DNA from: Octopus sinensis
Lineage: Eukaryota
NCBI RefSeq assembly: GCF_006345805.1
Contig: NC_043003.1
Span: 90,272,001-90,336,000 of the forward strand
DNA length: 64,000 nt
Reading direction: 5' to 3'
Positions 48,901-60,220 of this stretch are shown piece by piece (within the stretch, counting starts at the first letter, position 1; the number at the start of each line of letters is the position of its first letter). The position numbers and the translations under genes are program-made. The notes below the pieces were generated by a model. That model did no database searches. It saw nothing but the letters and a program-made list of their open reading frames with translations, and was not told the DNA's origin.

Positions 48901-48937
<37 letters not shown>

Positions 48938-48944
48938 TACATGA

Positions 48945-50200
48945 ATCATCATCATCATTTAACATCTGTTTTCCATGCTGGCATGGGTTGGACAGTTTGG
49001 CAGTTACTGGCCAGCTGAAGAGCTGTCCAAGCTCCATGGATGTTTCAGCATGGTTTCTATGGCTGGATGCCCTTCCTAACACCAACCACTTTACAGAGAG
49101 TATGGGGCACTTTTGCTCAGCACCAGCATGGGTGTGTTTACATGGCACCTGTACAGGTGCTTTTTACATGGCACCAGCATCTGTAAGATCAGAAATACTT
49201 AGCTAGAGAAAGATGCAGGGGACATGCCTGTATGCAAAGACAACTATGCTTTTACTTAGCTTGACGTGTCTTCTCAAGCACAGCAAACTACCAGGAGTCT
49301 CAGTTTCCTGTCATCCCCTCTGTGAGTCCCAACATCTGAAGATCGTTTCTCACCACTTTGTCCACATCTACCCCTTCCACATGTTCCCTCCACAATTAGA
49401 GCTCAGCACCTCTTCATACAATTGTCTTCATTCATATGCATTACAGTGCAGTCTTCTCTCTTGTGCATTACATTTGATGCCTCATATACTCAGTTTTGCT
49501 CTCGAGTCACTTACACTTTGTCATATATGCACATTGACATTACCCATCCAGTGGAATGCATTGGCTTCATTTCTTTCAAGCCTTCACATATCCTCAGTAG
49601 TCACAGCCCATATCTCGCTGCCATGTAGAATAGCTGTTTATACACAGGTATCATACAATCTACCTTTCATTACTAACAGAGGTAGTGGCTCTCTGATCTT
49701 TGGCCAGCCTAATCTTATTCTATCAGCTATGCGTTTAGAAGAACCTCCACCACTACTAACATGGTCACCTAAGTAATGGAAAATATCTACTACTTCTGTA
49801 CAGGAGACAGACTTCCTCAAATGTTCAGAGAGAGAGATCCTTAGAACTGGTAGATTGTCTCAGTTACTTAGGCAACCAAGTTAGCAGTGGAAGAGGATGC
49901 TCTGAAATCATAGTTGCTAGAATAAGAATGGGTTGGACAAAGTTCAGAGAGCTACGTTGGTAACAAAGGGCCTTTCCCTCAGAGTGAAAGGTAGTTTGTA
50001 TGATGTCTGTTTACAAACAGCTTATGTTACATGACAGTGAAACTGGGACTGTGACTGCAGAGGACATGCAAAGTCTCAAAAGAAATTAAACCACTACACT
50101 CTGCTGCATGGGTAGAGCAGAGTATAAATGATTTAAGAGAAAAATTGGATATAAGAGGCATCAAATATAGTGTGCAGGAGAGAAGACTGCACTTGTATGG
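48945..50200. mobile_element. Two RTE 3' fragments arranged head-to-head (minus 48945-49800, plus 49820-50200)
   Basis: Both begin near the xVVD-F-YLG motif and run toward the RTE 3' end in opposite directions. Confidence 0.65.
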
Positions 50201-51769
50201 TCAGCTTCATAGAGATGCCAAGGGGCCAAGACTTCTGGTAATTTGCTGTGCTTGAGATGGTTTGTTAAACTAAATAAAATTGTGGCCATCTATACAGGTA
50301 TGTCCTTTATGGCCATGCCCAACCTCACATACACACTTGTAATCTGTCCTTTGTCAAAACTTGCCCACAAGCCATCTTCTCAACAGCCTCTGTCACACCA
50401 CCCATGATCACCACCTGCTGTACCCTCCAAGGTTAGTCAGCCAGACCTTGTTGAGTCGTCACGATGTGACTGACTGATTTTTGCTTGGGGTGTGCTTGCT
50501 TATATAAAGATCCAGACGGATAGATATATCATTGAGAACAATAGATTTAGTTGGTGGTCTTTTTATCTATTCTAGCTTTTGGTGAAGTAGAAGAGGTTAG
50601 AAAGGGTCAAGTGGTGAAGACATTATTTCGGCTTAGCTAAAGGCATCTGGAAAATGTAAAACTGCTGTCAGAGAAAAACCATTGTTCCATCGTGGGAAAA
50701 GTTCTGTTGCAGTGTTAATTTAAATTCGGCTGTGGTGGATTTAATCCACTTCATGCATGAAAGATTCACTACATGTTCTTTGGTTGATAGATCCTGACCA
50801 GATACCAAACTCTACTTCTTCAGTAGATGGGAGCATTTTTTTTTTTTTACCATAAGTACAGCAAAATCCTAATTGTGAGCTAATGCAGTACTTTTCTATT
50901 TTGCTGAGTAACAATTGGTTAAAGTAGTGAAATACACTACACTGAAGTACCTACTTGAGAGTTGTTGTCACAGCCATTGAGAATTAAGTGTATTAGACCA
51001 CAGATACAAGTACCATTAGCAAAATATGAGCCACCAATTTTTGTGCTGGTTGGTTAGTACCTATTGACTTGGTTATGCATTTCCAACTATAGCATCAGGC
51101 TAATCAAAGCCTTGTGAGTGAATTTGGTAGATAGAAACTGAAAGAAGCCCATTTATATGTATATTCATATGTGTGTGTACACTTCTCTTGACTTCACAAA
51201 ATGTTTGTAAATGAATGTCAGAATCATACAAGTGATGTTCATGTCCAGCCTCTGGTGGAAAACATAGCTGGCCATAAGGAAATACTATTTTGCTTTGAAA
51301 CAAGTGAGGATTGGTGATAGGAAGGGCATCTGGCTGTAGAAAATCTGCTTCAACAAATTCTGTTTGATCCATGCAAGCATGAAAAGGTGGCCATTAAAAT
51401 AATGTTGCTGCTGCTGCTGCTGGTGTATTTTGTTGCTATTTCTTGTTCCTTTATAGCAAATGCATCTCTTTGAAAGTTAGAATTAATATCCTCATTGTTA
51501 GTCTGGGATAGACTACTCTCTGGTGATCAATGTTGCTGTCACTTTGAAGTCCTTTTTTGTTATGTATGTAGGCTCTCTTTTGATGACCTTTTGCAGTAGA
51601 CTTGTGCAACCTCTCTGGTTGTTTATCCTTGGTCATTGGCAAGGAAATACTTTTTCAGAAGCTTTTTTTCCAATCTCCATCTATGCAGAGCTGATTCATG
51701 GTAGGATTTCAACATTTGGTGGTTAGATGCTGCTGATAAGGCATTCAAATCTGTTTACATTAATATTGG

Positions 51770-51980
51770 TTTCAAATTTTGGCACAAGGCAAGCAACTTT
51801 AGGGGAGGAGTAAGTAGATTATACCAACCCCAGTACTCAACTGTTACTTATTTTATTAACCTTGAAAGGAGGAAAAGCAAAGTTGATTGTGGCAGAATTT
51901 GAATTCAGAATGTAAGGACAGATGAAATGCCAGTAAGCATTTTGCCCAGTATGCTAATGGTTCTGCCAGCTTGCTACCTT
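51770..51980 (-). mobile_element. tRNA-derived SINE (dominant family)
   Basis: Reverse complement of the 16338 family. Confidence 0.75.
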
Positions 51981-52049
51981 CATGGTTGGATTGATATTAA
52001 GCCTCTACTGCCTTGTTTTTATTTTAAGCAAAGATGGTCTACATGACTG

Positions 52050-54300
52050 TTGATCTGGAAATTCTTCATATGCATTAACAATTTTTGGGTTTTGACATTA
52101 ATAGCTGGGATTTCATCTAGCATATAGTCAGGTAGCCCAAATGTTTATATGGCAAACTCTTTGTGAGCTATTAGTTATAGCATGCAGAAAGTTCTGAGAG
52201 CGTGTTTTCTTTATTCTGATATTATGGTTACTGGTGGCAAGCTATTAGATGTTCCATCACCAGAAATCATTTTCATTTATTCCAAAGTACCTGTAGATAT
52301 TGGAGAAATATTCAGGTAATGAATAGTAATGTTACTTGAAGGGCTTATGATTTGCCCTTGTTTGACAACATGTAAGAATATTTATCTTGGTTAGTCTCTG
52401 TTATGTGTGGATGGGTGTCTTGGGTATGACTCTAAACTGCATCCTGTAGTGGAGCCCTGGTTCAGGTGTTCTAGGGTTTTGAGGAGTGTGGAGCCACCTC
52501 CTAGTCTCTACTGTTCTCAGGTCTACTCTGATCCAGAATAGTAGCACTTGTCAGGCTATGTGTTAACTAGCATATGTGATGACAATCCATCTGAGTGTAG
52601 GGACACAGAAAATGATGAAAAGAACTGGGTTGCATACACCGAGTTAAAATGTCCTGGTAATTATATAAACTATGTGAACCCTATTCCTGAGAAGGGCATA
52701 AAAGAGTTTGTTTTGTGTGACCAGTCTGGTTGTGCTAGCTTCTCAAAGGCAGGCTTACTCAGCTACGTACTGTCACAGAGGTGTCCCAATCTACCAACGT
52801 AATATCCAGCATGATCTCTTGTGTGCCTTATGTAGCAGCTATACTTTGCTCCTGATGGGTTGCTATATATCTTGTTGCTCCAATAATAATAGTTATGATG
52901 CTGAAAGTTGATCTTGGGTACCGGATTTGCAAACTCCTAATTAATTGTCCACAGATGTCCTCTTTATTTAACCATATTGGTGTCCTGAAGGCAGCTGATT
53001 TCCACTATAGAGCATGTCTTTTCTCTGTGATCCCACACAATAATATCTGGTAATTTGTGTTTTGACTTTGTAGCTGTTTTAATTCTTAAGTTCCACCAAT
53101 ATTATTTTGGCCTCTCAGTCTCAATATAGTAAATTTCAACCGCAGGTGTTTTGTTTTTTGTTATCCTGTTCCAGACTGTTCTGACTGCTGCATTATGCCT
53201 CATGGGAAGATAATATCTGTAAGACATTCTCTTGCAGTCGGCAATAATGTGGTCAATGTCTTCAGTTTTGGTCTTGCACAGCTCACATTTGTTGTCTGTC
53301 AGTGTTTTCTGTTTTTATGCTGTAGGTATTGGTCAGGATCTCTTGTTCTTGAATTGCATTGTAGGTAACTTTCACAGTGCCATGTCATAAACTTGGCATT
53401 CCATGCTAAGCTTTTGTCATGATCAATCCCTTCTATGGTTTGTGTTTTTCATGCCAAGTACCCATGTATTATCTTCTCACTGAACTGATCCTTTTATAAT
53501 TCTGTTCTTCTCTTTGGGAAGAGATCTGTATTAGTTTTTTATTTCATACCTCTCCTCATGTGCATTAGCTATCCTAATTAAGTTGCTGGTTTCATGGTCA
53601 CAAACTTGGGCAAGATAGTTACCAGACTCTTTCCTCTGCTCCAAATGTTGTTTCAGGTAACAATACATGCTTCATATGGCATTAATACAGATATGAGACC
53701 ACAGCCACCATCCTTGCATGGGAGGTATAGTCTGTCTACATCTCCATTGATATTAAAGTTTCTTACAAGATTGAGCAGCTTTCAACTTCAAACATCAATC
53801 TCATTGAGTTCTTGCGGTGACCAGTTCAGAAGACCAAACACAGGCACAAGAAAAGCTACTACAGAGATATTGTGAGCAATATGCTTGCTGTGAGAGTTCT
53901 GATGACCATATTCTCTTTACTCTCCTGAGGTATTCAGTCCTGGTCCTCTTCTTATTTATGGGCCCATCATACTTGACATTCTCATCTTGTTCAGGGCACA
54001 ACTTTTCCACATTTTATTGTCAAAAATGCGCATTTGGACTCACCAAATTCCATCCCAACATCAGTAGAAAATTGGGTTATTTGGTCCAATTGTTTTTCAT
54101 GAGGTTGATATGTGACCCATACAGTTTCAGGTTGTCAACAAAGAAAAGCTGGGAGATACTTCTGAATCAACTTCTATGGTCACTATGTCTTGTGAGCACG
54201 TATGGTAGTGGGTTAAATGAGAGGATAAAGAACAACACCAACAAGCTATCACCCCGAAAAGAACCATTTTGGTAGTGAATGCTTATCTGACTTAATATAC
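52050..54300 (-). mobile_element. Decayed R4-like RLE non-LTR retrotransposon
   Basis: EYLRRVKRIWSSELS, a degenerate LFMxxLKLY region, and PDIIVWD...CSIVEISC; many stops. Confidence 0.6.
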
Positions 54301-54371
54301 TCCTTATCACTCCAGAGGAGCAAGGCGGTGTACCAAATCTTGTTTAGGCGTTCAATAGCACTCATCAGTGG

Positions 54372-54815
54372 TTGTATGTAGGTATGTATGTATGTATGCA
54401 TCTATGTATGTAAGTATGTATGTGTGTGTATGTATGTATGTATGCATGCATGTGTGTGTGTATGTATGTATGTGTTGTGTATGTATGTATGTGTGTGTGT
54501 GTATGCATGTGTGTGTATGTATGTATGTATGTATGTGTGTGTATGTATGTATGTATGTATGTATGCATGCATGTGTGTGTATGTATGTATGTATGTATGT
54601 GTGTATGTGTTGTGTATGTGTGTGTGTATGTGTGTGTATGTATGTATGTATGTATGTGTGTATATGTGTATGTATGTGTGTGTATGTATGTGTGTGTGTA
54701 TGTATGTATGTGTGTATGTATGTATGTGTGTGTATGTATGTATGTGTGTATGTATGTATGTATGTATGTATATATATATGTGTGTATGTGTTGTGTGTAT
54801 GTATGCATACACACA
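54372..54815. repeat. Compound (TATG)n/(TG)n microsatellite
   Basis: Direct reading; accounts for the repetitive ORFs in the track. Confidence 0.95.
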
Positions 54816-55319
54816 GGAGAAAGCTGATGCAAAGACTTCAGATCCAAGCTATGACTGGAATTGTAAAAATCTGTAAAGCTTTCCAGAAGTTTATCATCTA
54901 AATATATATGATCATGTCTAGATATGTAACTATATGCATGAGAATACACACATAAAACAAAACATAGAAATCTGCACATATACATGCATACAAAAATATC
55001 CTGTTGATGTTGAAATTCCAATGAAACCGGCTCTTTCTCTATTGGCAAGAAATCTTGAAATAAAACTGAATAATGACATACATAGATATCATCAGCATAG
55101 GTTACATTGGAATTTGTTAAGGCATAGCTGCAAACCACCTCTTGTTTTCAACTTGGATAATAATTTCCTAGCCTACTAAAGACTGCATGGATATTTATAT
55201 ATGTACTGGGGTCAATTTGCTCAACTGGAGCCTTTCTGAATGGTGCCCCAACATGGCTACAGTTTAGCAGGTGAAACAAGTGGAAGATAAAAAGATAAAC
55301 TGCTTTTTGTTTTTAAGTT

Positions 55320-55695
55320 GACAGCAAGACACCTGTTTCTGTCTCCCTGTCACACTGCAACCTTTCATCATCTGGCACAAGATCATGTCCTCCAATGTTC
55401 CCTTCCCCTCTCAAAGGATTTTTGTCTTGCAAGTTACTTGGTGACCCTGCCAGTGCTGGTGCCACATAAAAAGCATCCAGCTGTAAAAACCATGCCAACA
55501 CTGACCTTGCCTGTGCTGGTGCCATGTAAAAAGCACCAGCAGAGGCTGGTTGGTGTTAAGAAGAGCATCCAGCTGTACAAACTGTGCCAAAATAGACAGT
55601 GAAGCCCGGTGTAGTCTTCTAGCTGGCTGACTCCTGTCAAACTGTCCAATCTATCCCAGCATGGAAGGTGGATGTTAAATGATGATGGTGATGTA
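55320..55695 (+). repeat. RTE-associated SINE-like repeat
   Basis: gtgctggtgccacataaaaagca repeats and gagcatccagctgt, with a (GAT)n tail. Confidence 0.6.
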
Positions 55696-56030
55696 TGTGT
55701 GTCATCAGTGTTAGCATTTTATGTTTACTTCTTCCTGCATCTTTAGCTGGACAGATTTTTTCTGAAGCAGTTGGTTAGGGTTAGGTGCTCTTCTGTTGCC
55801 AGCCCTTTTTGTTGCTTCTCATAACATGCAAAGACATGCTGGGACTACTCTCAAACTGGGATGCATTCATTCTACATACACATGTCACCGTCATCATACA
55901 TGAAAATATTTCCGGCCTTGAGGGAATATTACTTTGCTTGGAAACAGGTTATGGTTAGTGACAGGAAGGGCATCTGATCACAGAAAAATCTGCGTCAGCA
56001 AATTTTGTCTGACCTGTACAAGCACGAGAA

Positions 56031-56066
<36 letters not shown>

Positions 56067-56559
56067 AAAAATAAAGTTAGGAAGAAAATAACTTTTGAAA
56101 ATTCAAAAATAATCTTTGAATTTAGAATAAAGGCGAGACTATCTAAATAATTAATATCTTGTTAGGATAACGGCAAGTTTGCGGGATATTACCAATATCT
56201 CGTATGAGTAAACAATGCATATAGAAACACGTTTGAAGAAATACCCGTGTATGACAATTAGATACGCTAAAATGAGGGGGAATTTAGATTTGGAGTATAA
56301 AGTTTAGTACAGTATTAAATTGGGAGAGAATACCCTTTACCTACAAGTATATTACATTCATCTCGACATATGTATGGATATGTGTGATCGAATGAGAAAG
56401 ACGAACAAGGAAGTAGTTCTTTCATTGTTATTTTTAATATAATGATTAATTAATTTCAATTTAGTAAGACAATAATTGTGCGGAGCAATGTGTGTATTGT
56501 GAGACATTTAAAGATGGTTACGGTGTATCACTAACCAACTTGCTTTGCTGCTGGGTTAG

Positions 56560-56620
56560 AGGCTATATATCACCTCTGACGTCACAAGCGGTCATGTACG
56601 TGAGGGAAAGATGGCGGCGG
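56560..56620 (+). promoter_or_regulatory. Candidate core promoter: TATA-like tract, CRE and YY1 motifs
   Basis: TATATAT 56564-56570, TGACGTCA 56577-56584 and AAGATGGCGGC 56608-56618 overlapping the ATG, in CpG-retaining unique DNA. Confidence 0.55.
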
Positions 56621-56695
56621 ATCGGAGTAATCGGACAAGTACCTTAGATATTATATGGAGGTATCTTTTGATATTGTTGAATCTACAACAAGTAG
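56611..56695 (+). CDS. Candidate first coding exon (signal-peptide-like N-terminus) of an unidentified gene
   Basis: ATG GCG GCG start; MAADRSNRTSTLDIIWRYLLILLNLQQV; consensus donor G/gtaagt at 56696. Confidence 0.55.
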
Positions 56696-57891
56696 GTAAG
56701 TGGATTGCATTATATAATTAGTTATATGAGCAACTTTTGGTCTGCTAATGGAAACATAACCTAAGGAATCGTTCATCTACCTCTTGATAAGTACGGAGGT
56801 GCGTGTAGCTTGCACCGTCCGTATGTGTTTTGTTGTTCATCCCCCACCTTTTATGCTTGTGCCATCGAAAGAAACACTGCTCGTATGCAAGCCTTATTAG
56901 ACTCCCATTATTAGTTTGCAGTGATTTAACCATCTTTAAACGTTTAGTTGGCCATTAGTTATTTACCTTGTTCATATGCGATCTGCTTATGTTCTGTTTA
57001 CACGGAAAACACATCTGCCCCGTACATGTTTATAGCAAATTTACTGGGAAGTTAAACAAATGCATAAATCCAGTGTTGTGTGTGGACACACACACACGTT
57101 TGTATGTAGGTGCGCATGTCTATATATATATATCTATATATATATATTTATATAATCATTAAACCTTTCAGTTTACTCATTGTATTATGTGACGATTTGA
57201 TTCAAACTTATCATGGATCTTAAGTTTTTAGCTGTGTAGTTAAAAAACACACTAAATCAGCCTACATAATTCAACTTGACTATCTCAATTCGTGTTCATA
57301 TCACAATAATAATAAACACAGCATTTCTTTAATGTAGTAAACACTCAATACCATGCACACACGTTTCTGTATTTGTGTATTGCATGGAAATAAACATGCT
57401 TCTTGAGCTTTTGCAGTCGTAGGTAAATCTGCTTGTTGAAATATTTCTATGTTGCACGTTGTAGTATTTATTTAGAAACTTCTGAAGCAGTAACAACAAA
57501 TGGATTTAGAGGTTCCAGTTTGTTTTGGTACCTTTTTTTCTATCTTTAGTTTCCTTGCTAGTTCTTAAAGGGCTTCCTTACGGAAAGGCAACAGCAAATA
57601 CAACTGCCTTAGAGACCCCCCTCCCCGATTTTTTTAAAGAGAAAAAAGGGGAGTTAGGAAGGGTTTCTAAATACGCTGGTAGTTGGTCAATTGTAGTGTT
57701 TTAGGTTATATTTTTTGTTTTCTTCCACAAAGCAAGAAATAGTTTGGGGAAAGAGAGCAAAAGCATTTAAATAATGATTATATGTTTCTATGAAATTTAA
57801 TTATTCTATTATTTGGCCTATCAGGTATTACTTCACTGTTGAACATTTTATACTCCAATAGTTAGAAAATAGTTTACACATACACACATAT

Positions 57892-58161
57892 ATATTCTGT
57901 TGTGTCTGGGGAGAGTCATTCTCTTTTAGTGCCTTATAATTTAACACACTCACCGGTAAAATTTCCTCTTATTTCTTTTTTATTTTAAAAAATTTTCGAT
58001 GCGTCTTGCAACCTTTTCAATAGTTTTGACTCTCAAAACTATGAAAAGACGCAACGAAAATTTTAGGAAAATAAAAATAAAAACGTGGAAATTTTACCGG
58101 TGAGTGTGTTAAATTATAAGGCACTAAAAGAGAATGACTCTCCTCAGACACAACAGAATAT
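57892..58161. mobile_element. Foldback/MITE-like element with about 75-bp inverted arms
   Basis: 57892-57966 versus 58087-58161 are reverse complements with one mismatch seen; no TSD identified. Confidence 0.75.
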
Positions 58162-60042
58162 GCTTCAACACACGAACTCACATAAAGAATCTTGCAAACC
58201 AAATCCCAAAACGAAATATATATATAATTATTATAATAATACTACTTGGTGTCTACGAAGACAGAAAAGAAAATTTGTGTCAAGGGGTGTATCAACCATG
58301 CAGAACGATGAGACTTGATTCGGGAGAATGATTTTGTTTTTTCATCTTTTTCTGTTTACTCCACAATTACTTTTAAAGTTGACGAACTTATTTCAAAGAC
58401 TTGCCAGAAATGGCTTCGTGCTTCCATTTCTGGCTCTTTGCAAACATGATAGTTTTTTTTTTTCGATTGCTTTCTTCGTTTTATCTTTTCGTCTGTTTTC
58501 TTAAAAATTTCCCCTTAGTTTAACTTAATAGAGGTGGCGGGTGGAAATCATTTAATGAAACATTAATTAGTTTGCTAGTTTACAATTATCTTCTTCCCGC
58601 TGTCTTAATTTCTTTACGGGATTATTTTGTAATATGTTTAACGAAACTATAATTGATTTATTTTAATACATTAATTAAAGAAAAAGAAGAAATATAATTA
58701 AAAACAAAAAAAATTATTTACGAAAATTACTTAAAAGATAAAAAATGGAATTGTTAGTTTTCAGATAATTGATCTGTCCTGGGTTGGGATAGATAATACT
58801 TCCAAGCAGATCTTTTTAGCTTCTTCCCTATAATCATTAAATTTATTCTTCTCCACAGAAATATAGACTATATTCATTTATATTCATATCATTGCTCTAT
58901 GACTTAGAATTTTTTTTACTTTTATTTATCGACTTCTGCATATTTTTTTTTACTCTTCTGGTTTGTGGTACCGTCTATTCTCGTTCCTCTAAGACTACAT
59001 ATATGGATTGCTCTCTCGGCTAATCCGTTGGCAAATACTGAAGAATTCCGAATCTCGGTATGGTGGCAAGCACAAAGACTACAACAGAAATCAGAGTCCC
59101 ACATTTGCTATTGATCGAAATTAATCCTATAGGTTCTGTCTTCTCGGATTTCATCGCTAAGTTGCTAATCTCGGCATTCTCTCACTGGATCCTTTCTTTA
59201 CTTTTGCAGCTTCGAACTCCCAGTTATTTTTCTTATGAATTCCACCAACTTTTTTGTTCTCTTTTTTATTTTTTAAATTCACCTTTTTTTTTTTCGTTTT
59301 ATTTCCTTTTAACATCAGAAACATTTTTGATTTTTCTTCAGTGATATCCGAACAACAATAATAATAAAAATAAGTCAACATCAACAACTCTGGTATGTGG
59401 AAGTTCTGTTTTAAAGAAAGCAATATATTTCTTGTTTTCTGCTCATTCGATTGGGGAGGGCTGTAGTGGCAACAATAATAATAAACTATCATTATTCCCG
59501 AAGAATTCATAATCGTTACATTTATCATTCCACAAATCCGAAACCTTGATTATTACATAAGAGTCTTTTGTTATGTAGCGCTGGGTTTATGTTTTAAGGA
59601 ATTGAGTCTGTCACTTAACTTCGGCTCCCGTTGGAACCATTTCATTTAAGGAAAGCATGAACCACACATCTTATTCTATGTACCTCAACGATTTTATCTT
59701 CATTGTTATTAGTAGTAGTGATAGTGCAAGTTCAAATCCCAAATACTGCCTGGGTTGATTTTATTTCTCATCCTTCCCACCGACACCTTCCAAAATATGT
59801 GACCCTATCCTTGTGTTCGAACTCCCACCACCACTGTTAAGGAATTTTTTTCCTAATAAAATTTTTGTTAGAATTTTAATTTTTTTTATACCTTGTTATA
59901 TTTTTATTGTTGCTCAATCCCTTTTTATCGATATAAGCCCATACTTTTTATGTGTTGTATTTCGTCCTTTTATACTGTACTTAATGTCTTGGGCCCCTTA
60001 TGGCCTATAAAAGAAATTATCTTGACGATGTATAGTAGAAAT

Positions 60043-60220
60043 GGGAGTGTCGGCTTCGCAGAATTTAGTTACATTCTGAGTTCGAATCTCGCCAAGGTGT
60101 CCTCTATCTTTTATTCTTCTTTCTCGGTTCGATGAAATATGAAGTACCAGTAGAGTATAAGTTATCGTAAATCGATTATAACCCTATCCCAAATGTATGC
60201 TCTTGTACCTGTTACAAATT
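60043..60220 (+). mobile_element. tRNA-derived SINE (dominant family), diverged
   Basis: gttacattctgagttcgaatctcgccaagg...ttctcggttcgatgaaatatgaagtaccag. Confidence 0.55.

Noticed and set aside
58920-59528. ORFs of 60-123 aa on both strands in CpG-retaining DNA
   Set aside because: Low-complexity A/T runs, no splice-consistent structure and no recognisable motif.
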